From NCBI GenBank assembly GCA_963832165.1, contig CAWHTE010000007.1, positions 1 through 64,000 of the forward strand: a stretch of DNA of 64,000 nt, in the 5' to 3' direction. The notes beneath the pieces are model-generated. The model did not search any database. It was not told where the DNA came from and saw nothing but the letters and a program-made list of their open reading frames with translations. Each line of letters begins with the position of its first letter. Position 1 is the first letter of the stretch. This DNA comes from an uncultured delta proteobacterium. Its GTDB lineage: Bacteria; Myxococcota_A; UBA9160; SMWR01. A program made the position numbers and the translations under genes. Shown here piece by piece: positions 41,451 to 51,728 of the stretch.

Positions 41451-43487
41451 TCACGCGCGGCCCTCGTAGAACATCCGGCGCAGCAGCTTGTGCACGGGGT
41501 GGTCGCGGCGCACTCTCAGCTCGTCAGCAAGCGACTCGGTGCCGAGCGTCGCCTTGAACAGTGGCAGCGCCTGCGTACGCGCTTCGATCTGTTTCTCGAT
41601 GCGCACGAGGTTCGTGGTCGCCTGCGCGATGCGCGCGTCGAGCTCCTCGACCTCGCTCGGGTCGACCCCCGAGTGCCCCTCGTCGCTCGCGCCGGGATCG
41701 CGCGCGGCAGGCGGCGCGGATACGGAGCGCCCCAGCGTCGCGCGCTGCTTGTTCAGCGCGTCGAGCTGCTTCTTCGCTTCCTCGCGGCGCGCGCGCAGCT
41801 CGCCGAGGCCGCCACCGAGCTTGTCCGCCGTCTCCTGCTCGGCGAATCCGAGGTAGACGAGCACCTGACTGTCGGAGAGCGCCTGGCGCATCACGGAGAT
41901 CGACTTGTATCCCGGCTCCTTGCCCTGGATCCACGCGTCGATCGCGCGCGACGTCGAGACTCTCTCCGCGACGGGCCGCGCCAGCTCGAGGTAGTCGCTC
42001 TCGCGCCCGACCCGCTCGAGCGAGGCGGACAGCGCGGGCCACAGCTGGCGATCGAACGGGAACAGGCGCAGCGCGGCGACGTAGCGCTGCGCAGACTGCT
42101 CCAGCTCGGCGCGAGACAGCGTCCCGCCCGCAAAACTCTGCAGCGCGTCGCCGTAGCCGCGCGCCGCCTCGTACGCGGCGAAGTACGCCGAGTCGGGCAC
42201 CGTGTCGCGGTTCTCGGCCGTCGCGACCTTCTGGAAGAACGCGAGGTAGCGCGCGTAGAGCCGCGCGGCGTCGTGCGCGTAGCCGTCGGCGAGGTGCGGC
42301 TTCCGGCTCGCGCGCGTGAGGTAGTAATCCGCGGCGTTGAGACTCGTCTCCTGGATCTCCTCCCAGAGCCCGCGCATCGCCGCGAGGTAGACGTCGCGCG
42401 AGCGATAGCCCTGCGCGGCCGGTTCGCGCTCGCTCTCGACGAGCTCTCCGTAGACCTCGATCGCCTCCTCGATGCCGAACGGGATCTCGATCTCCGGATC
42501 CACGCCGAGCCGCTGCTTGGCCGCGTACACCTCGCCGATCTGGCGCAGCACGCGCGTATGGACCGCGGCCTTGCCCTGCAGCGTCACGGCCTGGGCAAGC
42601 GCGGCCTGATAGGCGCCGCCGGACACGCGCAGCGCCTTCAGCGTCTCGGAGTCGAAGCCCTTCTCGGCCAGCAGCGCGCGCGCTGCGTCGTGATACTTGC
42701 TGGCCTCGTACAACGCGAGCGTGAACGAGAGGCTGCCCGAGTCCGACTCGCTGCCGTCGAGCCGCGTGAGGATGCGGCGCACGTAGTCACGCGCGGAGAG
42801 TTCGGGCGGGATCACGTCGGGGTGCGCGCCGACCCGGCCGTCCGCGAGCATGCGCACGATCGCCGCGAGCGGGTCGAGCCCGTCGTGCATGCCCAGCTGC
42901 TGGCTGCGAATCAGGATCAGGCGCGCGATGTTCTCGTAGAGATAGGGCAGCGCCGACACGAAGCCCGAGCGCGGAGCGTCGGACAGCGAAAGCGTCTGCA
43001 GCGTGTCGTACGGGGTTTCGAGCGGCACGATCACGTGCAGCCACAGATCGAGCATCTCGCCGACGAAATCGAAGCGCTGGCCGCGCTCGAGTGCTCGCTG
43101 CGCGAGGATGTAGTGATACCAGTAGCCGTTCTCGTTGCGCTCGAGCCGACCGGACAGCGTCTGGATCGACTCGACGCTCTTGGCGAGCTGGCTGCCGTCG
43201 CCCGTCGAGAGGTAGAGCAGGAGCCGCGCGATCGCCGCGCGGCGCACCACCGTGTCGGCATCGGCGGCTGCCTTCACCGCGGACGAGCCGAGCGACACCG
43301 AGACGTAGTCTTCGAGCTTGATACCCGCTTCCTTGCCGTACTGCGCGAGGCGCGTGCGCAGTGCCTCGGGTTCCGCGGAGCAGTACACGTAGGCGTAGTC
43401 GAGGTAGCCCGACCACTCGGACTCTGCGGCTCCCACCGGGAGCGCAGAGATCAACAGCGATAGCGCGGCCAGGATTCCGGCCTTCAT
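41451..43487 (-). CDS. Large secreted alpha-helical protein with C-terminal coiled coil
   Basis: 678-aa ORF; signal peptide; Tyr/Ala/Leu-rich helices; overlaps the upstream stop. Confidence 0.8.
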   Translation of the reverse strand: MKAGILAALSLLISALPVGAAESEWSGYLDYAYVYCSAEPEALRTRLAQYGKEAGIKLEDYVSVSLGSSAVKAAADADTVVRRAAIARLLLYLSTGDGSQLAKSVESIQTLSGRLERNENGYWYHYILAQRALERGQRFDFVGEMLDLWLHVIVPLETPYDTLQTLSLSDAPRSGFVSALPYLYENIARLILIRSQQLGMHDGLDPLAAIVRMLADGRVGAHPDVIPPELSARDYVRRILTRLDGSESDSGSLSFTLALYEASKYHDAARALLAEKGFDSETLKALRVSGGAYQAALAQAVTLQGKAAVHTRVLRQIGEVYAAKQRLGVDPEIEIPFGIEEAIEVYGELVESEREPAAQGYRSRDVYLAAMRGLWEEIQETSLNAADYYLTRASRKPHLADGYAHDAARLYARYLAFFQKVATAENRDTVPDSAYFAAYEAARGYGDALQSFAGGTLSRAELEQSAQRYVAALRLFPFDRQLWPALSASLERVGRESDYLELARPVAERVSTSRAIDAWIQGKEPGYKSISVMRQALSDSQVLVYLGFAEQETADKLGGGLGELRARREEAKKQLDALNKQRATLGRSVSAPPAARDPGASDEGHSGVDPSEVEELDARIAQATTNLVRIEKQIEARTQALPLFKATLGTESLADELRVRRDHPVHKLLRRMFYEGRA

Positions 43488-44555
43488 CTACGGCTCCTCG
43501 GGGGTAGGCTGGCGAGGCAATCGAGCGCGAGCGTGAGCACCTCACAGCGGTCTCCAGACCGCTGCCCAGGTGCCTGTTCGATGGACATCAGGAACGCGTT
43601 CACATTCTTGGTCTCGACAAAATGGAATCGGCCGACCGGGCTCTCACATAGAGAGGCATTTCGCGCCGCGGCGACGGTCTTTTGCACGAGCGCGCGCTCA
43701 CGCGCGTCGCTCACGCACGGGAGCAGCTCGGAGAGCGCTACACCGCGCAGTCCCGGGCGCCGGGCGGGGACCGGATTCTCGGCCAGCGCGGCCGGGCGCG
43801 CCGAGCGCGCGGGCGCCGGTGGGGTCGCCCTGGGGCGAGGGACCGGCGCGGCGGCCGCTAGCTCGGGCCGCGGAGGCACCACGCGGTCGATCCCCGCAGG
43901 CGGCGGCGCGCGGCCGTGCCGCGCGGGCGGGGAGCGCGGGCTCGCGACTCGCGGCCACCGTCACGGCGTCGGGCAGCTCGGCGCGCGCGGCCGTTCGGTC
44001 GATCTGCGCCACCGGGGCTCGCACGGAGGACCGGCGGTCGAAGGCCGGCCGCGCCACGCGCGCGGGCATCGGCTCGGGCGGAGCGATCGGGTCCGGTCGG
44101 ATCGGCTCGGGGCGCACGTCGGGACGCGCGGGTCGCGGCGCGGGCCTGGGTGCCGGCGGCGCCGGCTTTGCGACCGGGGGCGGGGGAACGGGCTCCGGCT
44201 TCACGATCGGCTTTGGAGGCGGAGGCGGCTTCGGCAGCTCGACGCGCACGGGCTTCGGCGGCTCGACGGGAACCGGCTTCGGCGGCTCCGGTATGACGAC
44301 CGGCGGCGGCTCGGGCTTCAGGATCTGGAGATGGAGGATCCGCTCCTGGACCGGCGGGACCAAGCTCGCGAGCACGAACAGCGTGGTGATGACCGCCGCG
44401 TGCAGCAGCGCTGCGCCGGTGACGGCAGCGAACGTGCGGCGCTGGTCCTCGGGCTCGCTGTAGCCGGGGTAGGCGACCGCCGCCGCGGGTCGCGCCATCA
44501 CGGCCGCGACCGAGGCGCGGCGGCGCTGACGCCGTCCGCGTCTGCTCGTGGTCAT
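43484..44555 (-). CDS. TonB/TolA-like membrane-anchored Pro-rich protein with four-Cys C-terminal domain (frameshift near 43900)
   Basis: TM helix AALLHAAVI; long P/K/E spacer; the C-terminal domain continues in ORF 43484-43882. Confidence 0.7.
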
Positions 44556-45389
44556 CTAGTCGCCTAGCAGCGGCGGCAGCCGCCAGAACCAGACCGACAG
44601 CGACGCCGTGAACTCGTGCGCCTCGGGATCGATCTGGTAGCGGCCGCGATTGATCAGGGCCTGATCGACGAGCTGGGCCTTCACCGAGTCGAGGTCGACG
44701 AAGCGCCAGCCGAGGCTGAGCTTCACATGGTCGTTCAGGTCATACCCGATGCCGGCGAGGGCCTGCCACGCGAACCGCTGCTCCTCGTCGTTTCCGGCCA
44801 GAACGCCCGTGCTCACGGCCAGCTCGGTATTGCCAAGGCCCGCGCCGCCGCCCATATAAAGCGTGAACGGCTCGAGAAACGGAACCCGGCCGTACATCGC
44901 TCGCACCGGGGTATGGATCGGCACGTCGATGCGCAGGTTGCCCATCAGCGTCCACGACTTCACGTCGGAGCGGTAGGAATCGAGTGGGTTGAAGCTCGGC
45001 GTGGTCAGCTCGGCATCGCGACCGCGCAGGTGCTCGACCTCGGCGCGCACGCTCCAGTCGGGAAACTGGAACTCGTCTCCCTCACGGAAGCGCAGCTCGC
45101 GGCCCGGCCAGTAGGGAACGCCGAACCCGGGCATCCGCATCTTCCAGGGCAGCGCGGCGTTGAGCGGAAACTGCACGCCGAGTGCTCCGCCGTAGACCGG
45201 TGAGGAGTCATCGCTCGTCCCCACGTCTCGGCTCGGGACGACGTCGTTCACACCCACCCCGCGACCCTCGTACCACGAGATGCCGAGATCGCCGGCGAGG
45301 TAGAGCTCGGTGCCGCGCGCGGGGGAGACGGCCGCGAGCGCGGCCGCGACCGCGAGCGGGGCGAGCTGGGTGAATCGGACGCTGCGCAT
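44556..45389 (-). CDS. Outer-membrane beta-barrel protein (opacity/OmpA-TM-like)
   Basis: Signal peptide; YMGGGAG, FAWQALAGIGYDL, LGWRFVDL; GGAGGG RBS. Confidence 0.82.
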   Translation of the reverse strand: MRSVRFTQLAPLAVAAALAAVSPARGTELYLAGDLGISWYEGRGVGVNDVVPSRDVGTSDDSSPVYGGALGVQFPLNAALPWKMRMPGFGVPYWPGRELRFREGDEFQFPDWSVRAEVEHLRGRDAELTTPSFNPLDSYRSDVKSWTLMGNLRIDVPIHTPVRAMYGRVPFLEPFTLYMGGGAGLGNTELAVSTGVLAGNDEEQRFAWQALAGIGYDLNDHVKLSLGWRFVDLDSVKAQLVDQALINRGRYQIDPEAHEFTASLSVWFWRLPPLLGD

Positions 45390-45469
45390 TCTCCCTCCGT
45401 TCTTCCGGCGGGTTGCCGGTGGAGTCATCGGCTATTCGCGCCGAAGTACTGACCCCTCGGTGATCGCCG

Positions 45470-46468
45470 TCACTCTTCCGACACGGAGCGTCGCGGAGCG
45501 CGCTCTCTTCCAGCGGGAGTCGTGCGACCTCGCCGGCCGCCGCGCGCGCGACGCGTCCGCGGAGCGCGCGGGGCCGCAGCGAGCCGGCACTCGATCTCGC
45601 CGCCGTGCGCCTGTCGGGTGTGAGGGAGGCCGAGCCCGTCGAGCCACGCGCGGGCTCCCTCGCCCTGGAGCAGCGCGACCGTCGATGCGCTGCCCGCGAT
45701 CAGGCAACACGATGCGAACACGGTGACGCTCGCGAGGCCAGCCACCGGCCAGCCCGTGCGCGGATCGAGGATGTGTCCGTAGCGGACGCCGTCGACCACC
45801 ATGCAGCGCTCGTAGTCGCCGCTCGTGGCGACGCCGCCCGCGTACACGGGCACTGTCAGCGCCGCGCGCTCGGCGTGTCGCGCGTCGCGGATCCCGACGA
45901 TCCACGGCTGTCCGTCCGGGTGGGGGCCGACGATCGCGAGATCGCCGCCGAGATCGACGAGCCCCGCGCGGCATCTCATGCCTCGCAGCAGTGCGGCGAC
46001 GCGGTCCGCCGCATACTCCTTCACGTAGCCGCCCAGATCGAGCTCCATGCCCGCGATCGGCAGCGCGATGCGACTGCCCGACCAGTGCACCTTCTGCCAG
46101 CCGACGCGCGGCAGGAGCTCGGCGATCTGCGCCGGGTCGGGCAAGCGGCCGGAGCGGAGGTCCCAGGCGCGGCGCAGGATGCCGGACGTGACGTCGAACA
46201 GGCCGCGACTCTGCGCGTGGCACGTGGCAGCGTAATCGAGCAGCGCCGCGGTCTCGCCGTCGACCGCGACACCGCTGGCATCGCCCGCGCTCGCGTTGAT
46301 GCGCGAGAGCAGACTGTCGGCGCGGTAGCGCGAGTACTTCTGCTCGAGCCGTTCGATCTCGCCGCGCGCGCTCGCCGTCCAGGCGCGCGCCTCGAGCGGC
46401 GACTCCGCGTAGATCTGGAGCTCGCACGGACACCCCATCGCCTTGAAGCGAAAGCGGTGGAGCGCCAT
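45470..46468 (-). CDS. apbE: FAD:protein FMN transferase
   Basis: AMGC, GLFDVT, DLGGYVKEYAAD, ATSGDYER, GHILDPRTG. Confidence 0.93.
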   Translation of the reverse strand: MALHRFRFKAMGCPCELQIYAESPLEARAWTASARGEIERLEQKYSRYRADSLLSRINASAGDASGVAVDGETAALLDYAATCHAQSRGLFDVTSGILRRAWDLRSGRLPDPAQIAELLPRVGWQKVHWSGSRIALPIAGMELDLGGYVKEYAADRVAALLRGMRCRAGLVDLGGDLAIVGPHPDGQPWIVGIRDARHAERAALTVPVYAGGVATSGDYERCMVVDGVRYGHILDPRTGWPVAGLASVTVFASCCLIAGSASTVALLQGEGARAWLDGLGLPHTRQAHGGEIECRLAAAPRAPRTRRARGGRRGRTTPAGRERAPRRSVSEE

Positions 46469-47737
46469 CTAGAACCGCAGCCGGAGGCCGAGCGTGTAGA
46501 GGTTGTACGAGACGACGCCGGGGTTCTCGACGTCGACCGACTCGAGGGCGATGTCGGAGTCGCTCTCGTAGCGCGAGAACGCCCCGTCGATCGCCCAAGC
46601 GAGGTTCCAGACCTCGAACGGCCACTCGACCCGGACGCCACCGGACCACGCGCCGAACGGCGACAGGCGATAGTCGCTCGACCGGAGGCCGTCGCTGCGC
46701 GGCGCGGCGTAGAACGGCGCGTAGAAGTCCGCCTGGCCCTGCGAGTAGTAGCGGAACGAGGGGACGATCAGCAGGCGGTCGAACAGCGTCTGATGCCAGG
46801 CGAGCTCGAACGTGTGCGAGATCATGTCCCAGTCGTCGGCGTAGAGCTGATAGTCGAAGTGCAGCGAGGCCTCGGCCGACCGGAAGTGATGGCGGAAGCG
46901 TGTTCGCCAGGCCAGCTGGTGGCGCTCGTCGGGGCGCTCATCGGTCTCCGGGACGCCGGCCACGAACGAGAGCTTGTACGGATCGGAGAGGAATCCGTGC
47001 TGGTATTGATAGGTGAGCGACGTCTGCGCGATCGTTGCACCGCCGAGCACCTGGCTCAGGCCGAGCGTCCCGTTGTAGCTCTGCTTGTGCTCCTCGTCGG
47101 GCCGCGTCGGGAATTTGTGGGTGTCGGTCGGCGTGATGCGGTCGAACGATGCGCCGAACGAGCCAGAGAGCGTGGTGTTGCCCTCGTTGAACTGGCGCTC
47201 GCCTCCGAGGCTGCCGTTGAACGCCAGATAGTCGTTTTCGAGCGAGACACCCCCACCGAGGCTCGCTTTGCCGCGATCGAAGTAGTAGTCGCCCGAGAGC
47301 AGCGCGTCGGTGCGCTGCTCGTCGACCGTGGCCTGGGTCATCACCTGCTGCGGCTCTCCGTCGGGGCCGGGCGTGATGTACCACGGGGTCGCGCCGCTCA
47401 TCGCCTCGTGCGACAGGTCGAGTCCGATCCCGATCCGATCGGTCAGGCCGGCATCGACGCGGAACTGGTGGATGTCGATCTCGTAGCGGCTGTTGTCGCC
47501 CGAGACGACCTTCCGGGAGGAAAGCGAGTCCTCCTGGTAGTTCGAATAGTGATAGTCGGTGCGGATGTCGGTCGGCGGCGCATCGGCAGCCGCGGGCAGT
47601 GCGAAGCCGTGCAGGGCGACCGCGCTCGTGCTGAGCGCGCGCAAGAAGGCGTTCGGCCGCCGCGCGAGCCGGCGGCGATGGCGGCGCCGCTCGCGCGCGC
47701 GCTGCTGCGCGGCCCGGCTCGCGCGCTTGCACCTCAC
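46469..47737 (-). CDS. DUF3570-like outer-membrane beta-barrel
   Basis: SGATP, ENDY, GFLSDPYK, RPDER, SSDYRLSPF, terminal Phe; context between DUF4266 and apbE. Confidence 0.8.
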   Translation of the reverse strand: MRCKRASRAAQQRARERRRHRRRLARRPNAFLRALSTSAVALHGFALPAAADAPPTDIRTDYHYSNYQEDSLSSRKVVSGDNSRYEIDIHQFRVDAGLTDRIGIGLDLSHEAMSGATPWYITPGPDGEPQQVMTQATVDEQRTDALLSGDYYFDRGKASLGGGVSLENDYLAFNGSLGGERQFNEGNTTLSGSFGASFDRITPTDTHKFPTRPDEEHKQSYNGTLGLSQVLGGATIAQTSLTYQYQHGFLSDPYKLSFVAGVPETDERPDERHQLAWRTRFRHHFRSAEASLHFDYQLYADDWDMISHTFELAWHQTLFDRLLIVPSFRYYSQGQADFYAPFYAAPRSDGLRSSDYRLSPFGAWSGGVRVEWPFEVWNLAWAIDGAFSRYESDSDIALESVDVENPGVVSYNLYTLGLRLRF

Positions 47738-47768
47738 CGGTCATTCCCTTCGCGGCGGCGCGCGGCGC

Positions 47769-47984
47769 TCAGTTGCAGCCGCATCCGCCACCTCCGGCAC
47801 CGCCGCCAATCAGCGAGCCCTCTTTGCTGAAGTGGATGTGGTCCGCGAGCTCGGCGCCGTGCGGATCGGGCCGCCAGGCCATATCGGGGCGCGAGAGCAC
47901 GTCGCGCTCCCACGGGCGCACCCCTGCGCATCCGAGGCACGCGAGTGTGAGCAGCAGAAGGGGAAGACCGAGCCTGGCGCCCAT
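47769..47984 (-). CDS. DUF4266-family lipoprotein
   Basis: GCAGVRPWER...HIHFSKEG...GGGGCGCN*. Confidence 0.88.
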   Translation of the reverse strand: MGARLGLPLLLLTLACLGCAGVRPWERDVLSRPDMAWRPDPHGAELADHIHFSKEGSLIGGGAGGGGCGCN

Positions 47985-47991
47985 GTCGCGC

Positions 47992-48498
47992 CTATCGGCG
48001 GTCCGCCACGAGTTGCTGAATCATCTTGCGCAACGCATCGACATCGCTGTGCCGGAAGCCGCGCTGTACGTGGTGGACGACACCCGCGCGGTCGATCAGG
48101 AACGAGGTGGGCATCGACTCGACGCCGAAGCGCAACGGCAGCGCACCGGCGGGATCCTGCGCGCTCGGATAGCCGATGGGCCGCTTGGCCAGGAACGCCT
48201 TCGCGAGCTTGGGCTCGCGGTCGACGTTCACGGCGATGACCTGGAAGTCCTTCGCCGCGAACTCCTGGCGCAGCTCGTCGAGAGCGGGGAGCGCCTGCGC
48301 GCACGGCCCGCACCAGGACGCCCAGAAGTCGAGATAGACGACCTTTCCGCGATGCGCGTTCAGCGAGACGGTGCCCCCCGCGACGCCGGGCGCCGAGAAG
48401 TCGGGGACCTTGTCGCCCTGCTCGAGCGCGGTGGCGGATACCGCGAGCACGGCCGACAGGGCCGCAGCTGCAGCGAATGTCCGGATGCGCGCGGTCAT
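47992..48498 (-). CDS. TlpA-family periplasmic thiol:disulfide oxidoreductase
   Basis: Signal peptide; DFWASWCGPC; MPTSFLID. Confidence 0.92.
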   Translation of the reverse strand: MTARIRTFAAAAALSAVLAVSATALEQGDKVPDFSAPGVAGGTVSLNAHRGKVVYLDFWASWCGPCAQALPALDELRQEFAAKDFQVIAVNVDREPKLAKAFLAKRPIGYPSAQDPAGALPLRFGVESMPTSFLIDRAGVVHHVQRGFRHSDVDALRKMIQQLVADRR

Positions 48499-48566
48499 CG
48501 TTCCAGCCTCCGAGCCGTGGTTCGTACACGCATCGCGGTCTGCGACCGCCCGCTTCGTGAGCGGGG

Positions 48567-50378
48567 TCACCGAGTCGCCACGGGCGCGGGCGCGGCGTCG
48601 CGCAGCGCGGTGAGCAACACGTCCGCAGAGAGCAGCTCGGGCAGCAGGCGTGGTCGCGCGGGATCCGCAGCCGTGTACACGGCGTAGGCGGGCACGCCGG
48701 CCTTGCCCAACGCGGCGAGTGCCGCGCCGATCGCCGCGTCGCGTCGCGTCCAGTCGGCGCGGTAGACGTCGTAGCCGCCGCGCGCGAGCTCGGGCTCGAT
48801 CCGGCGATCGGCAAGCGCGCGCTCGTTCACCTTGCAGGTGACGCACCAGTCGGCCGTGAAGTAGACGAAGACGGGATGTCCGGCGGCGAGGCTTTCGCGG
48901 ACCGCGTCCGCCGAGAACGCGCGCGCACGCGCGATCGGAGCAGCCGGCTCCGCGGGTGTGCCGGGCTCGAGATGGAACGTCACGATCCCGGGCGCGGCGA
49001 TCGCGCCGAGCACGAGCGCGATCGCGATGCCCGAGAGTGAGCGCCCGCGGCGCTGCGCGAACCCGAGCGTCCAGCTCGCCGCGGCGATCGCGAGCAGCAG
49101 CACAAGCGCCGGTGCGATCGCGTCCGGGCCGGACACGCGGCCGAGGATCCAGAGCAGCCAGATCACCGTGAGCAGGAGCGCGAAGCCGAGCACCGCGCGC
49201 AGGTCGGCCATCCATGGGCCCGAGCGCGGAATGCGGCGCGCGATCGCGGGTGAGCCCGCGGCGAGCAGGAACGGCGACGCGAGTCCGAGCCCGATCGAGA
49301 GGAAGATCGCGGCGATGATCGGCGCGGGGCTCGCGAACGCAAAGCCGACCGCCGTGCCGAGGAACGGCGCCGAGCACGGCGTGGCGAGCGCGACCGCGAG
49401 CAGCCCGTCGAAGAAGCTGCGCGCGGCGCCGGGCGCACGGCTGCCGAGCGCGCCGATCCGCGACACATCCACCGCGATCTCGAACGCCCCGAACAGATTC
49501 GCCGCGAACGCGACCAGCAGCGCGCAGATCGCCACGACGAACACGGGCTCCTGGAGCTGGAAGCCCCAGCCCACCGAGGTCCCTGCGCCGCGCAGCACCA
49601 CAACGACCGCCGCGAGCGCGAGCATCGAGAGCGCGATCCCGGCCGCATACGCCGCAGCGTGCCGGATCTGCTCGCGGCGCGAGCGCTGCGCGAGCTCCGC
49701 GAGCGCCGCGAGCTTGATCGCGAGCACCGGCAGCACGCAGGGCATCAGGTTCAGCACGAGCCCGCCGAGCCAGCCGAGCGCGATCGCGCCGAGCCACGAG
49801 ACGGTTGCGGGCGCCGGCGCAAGGGGCGATGGGGGATCCGCCTGCTCGCGCGAAGCGCCCGCAAGGCGCGCGCGGTCGGCCGCATTCGGCGCGCTGGCGT
49901 CGAGCGGCGTCGCGAGCTCGAAATGGGCGGGCAGACACAGGTGGGCGCACACGAGTGCGTCGACGCTCACGGCGAGTGCCGGTGCGCCGGGCGGCAGCTC
50001 TGCATCGGTCGCGAGCAGCACGGGACCGTCGTAGCCGAAGCTCTCGATGCCGCTGCTCGCGTCGAAGAATCGGATCGCCGGCGGCCACTCGAGCTCGCCG
50101 AAGCGCGCCCCCGCGAGCTGCCAGTCGATTCGCGGCGGCAGACCGACCTCGCCGGGATCGCGGCCGTACAGGTGCCAGCCCGCGTCGGGCACGAGCTCCA
50201 CGCCGACGCGCCAGCGCGCCTCGCCTCGCGGATCCACGCGCACGCGCGCGAGCAGGCGCGGCTCGCCGCCGTCCAGGGCGCCTTCCGCCTCGCGCGGCTG
50301 CGCGCTCGCGAGCAGCGGAAGCGCGAGCGCGAGCGCGAGCGCGATTGCCAGACGGTGCGGGTGCGCAGGGGGCGACAT
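48567..50378 (-). CDS. dsbD: DsbD-family protein-disulfide reductase
   Basis: GWHLY and CAHLC (alpha); NLMPCVLPVL and ATPCSAPFLG (TM); FTADWCVTCK (thioredoxin). Confidence 0.9.
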   Translation of the reverse strand: MSPPAHPHRLAIALALALALPLLASAQPREAEGALDGGEPRLLARVRVDPRGEARWRVGVELVPDAGWHLYGRDPGEVGLPPRIDWQLAGARFGELEWPPAIRFFDASSGIESFGYDGPVLLATDAELPPGAPALAVSVDALVCAHLCLPAHFELATPLDASAPNAADRARLAGASREQADPPSPLAPAPATVSWLGAIALGWLGGLVLNLMPCVLPVLAIKLAALAELAQRSRREQIRHAAAYAAGIALSMLALAAVVVVLRGAGTSVGWGFQLQEPVFVVAICALLVAFAANLFGAFEIAVDVSRIGALGSRAPGAARSFFDGLLAVALATPCSAPFLGTAVGFAFASPAPIIAAIFLSIGLGLASPFLLAAGSPAIARRIPRSGPWMADLRAVLGFALLLTVIWLLWILGRVSGPDAIAPALVLLLAIAAASWTLGFAQRRGRSLSGIAIALVLGAIAAPGIVTFHLEPGTPAEPAAPIARARAFSADAVRESLAAGHPVFVYFTADWCVTCKVNERALADRRIEPELARGGYDVYRADWTRRDAAIGAALAALGKAGVPAYAVYTAADPARPRLLPELLSADVLLTALRDAAPAPVATR

Positions 50379-50538
50379 GGCCGGACCTGCTCTCATCGGC
50401 TCGCGCAGCACACGGATTGAACCCGTGCACCCGGGGCATTATTTCCCGTTAGTCGTGACGAGCGTCACGATTCGCGCCTGCCGCGGGCCCGAACTGCTCT
50501 TGGTTGGCCGAGGTGAGGGCCTCGCGTCGAGGAGACCG

Positions 50539-51726
50539 ATGAAGGCCCGCACCGTCCTACGGGTCCTGCTGGTGGTGATGCTCGCGGCGCTCGCGGCGCC
50601 CGCGCATGCGGACGCGCGGGATCGCGCGAAGCGCATGTATGACCGCCTGGTCGGCGTGCCGCCCAGCGAGGCGCAGCTCGTCACCATGACCGCGCGGATC
50701 GGCACGGCCCCGACCCACGAGCAGCTGCTCGATGCGGCGATGATCGCGATCGGCTCGCGCGACTTCTACAACGTCTCGCTGGTCAACTTCGTCACGCCGT
50801 GGACCAACGCCGAGCAGACCGTATTCGCGGACCTGAACGATTACACCGCCACGGTAATCGGGATGATCCGCGACGGCGTTCCGTTCGACCAGGTGCTCAC
50901 CGCCGACCTCGTCTACGTCGCGGCGCCCGGCCTCGTGCCGACGCCCTATCAGCAAACGAGCAATCAGCACTACATCGAGATCCAGTCGATGGGTGTCGAC
51001 CTCTCGAACCCGGCGCAGCTCATGGCTGTTCCGCAGTCTTCGTTGCCGGGCTCGCAGATCGGCGCGGACGATGCGGCTGGCGTCGTGACGACGCGCGCAG
51101 CGGGCGAGGCATTCTTCAGCGCGGGCACGAACCGCCGCATGTGGCGCTTCACGGCCATGAACTTCCTGTGCCGCGACATGGAGGCCCTCAAGGACACGAG
51201 CCGCCCCGCGGACCGGATCCGCCAGGACGTGAACCGAAGCCCGGGCGGCGACAGCGAGATCTTCCACACCCAATGCGTCGGCTGTCATTCGGGGATGGAT
51301 GCGGTCTCGGGCGCCTACGCCTACTTCGAGTGGGACGCCGCGCAGGGGCGCACCGTCCACATGCCCGGCCAGGTGCAGGGTAAGTACGCGATCAACACGG
51401 GCGTCTTCCCGGGCGGACACCTCACCACCGACAACAGCTGGATCAATCTCTGGCGCGAGGGCCAGAACGCCGCACTCGGGTGGAACGAGAGCGAGACTGG
51501 TCGGGGATTCGGCGCGAAGGGGCTCGGCGCCGAGGTGGCGCACAGCCGCGCGTTCGCAGATTGCCAGGTGCAGAAGGCCTTCGCGCACGTCTGCTTCCGA
51601 CCGCCGCGCGACGCCGCAGACGCCGCCGCGATCCAGGCCATCGCGACCGAGTTCGAGCGCAACGGCCGCTACGACATGCGCCAGGTGTTCGCCGAGGTCG
51701 CGATCCACTGCACGGAGGGCGAATAG
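50539..51726 (+). CDS. Secreted protein with one CxxCH heme motif
   Basis: GAGGAG RBS; signal peptide AHA; CVGCH; C-terminal DCQVQKAF...CFRPP. Confidence 0.8.
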   Translation: MKARTVLRVLLVVMLAALAAPAHADARDRAKRMYDRLVGVPPSEAQLVTMTARIGTAPTHEQLLDAAMIAIGSRDFYNVSLVNFVTPWTNAEQTVFADLNDYTATVIGMIRDGVPFDQVLTADLVYVAAPGLVPTPYQQTSNQHYIEIQSMGVDLSNPAQLMAVPQSSLPGSQIGADDAAGVVTTRAAGEAFFSAGTNRRMWRFTAMNFLCRDMEALKDTSRPADRIRQDVNRSPGGDSEIFHTQCVGCHSGMDAVSGAYAYFEWDAAQGRTVHMPGQVQGKYAINTGVFPGGHLTTDNSWINLWREGQNAALGWNESETGRGFGAKGLGAEVAHSRAFADCQVQKAFAHVCFRPPRDAADAAAIQAIATEFERNGRYDMRQVFAEVAIHCTEGE

Positions 51727-51728
51727 CC

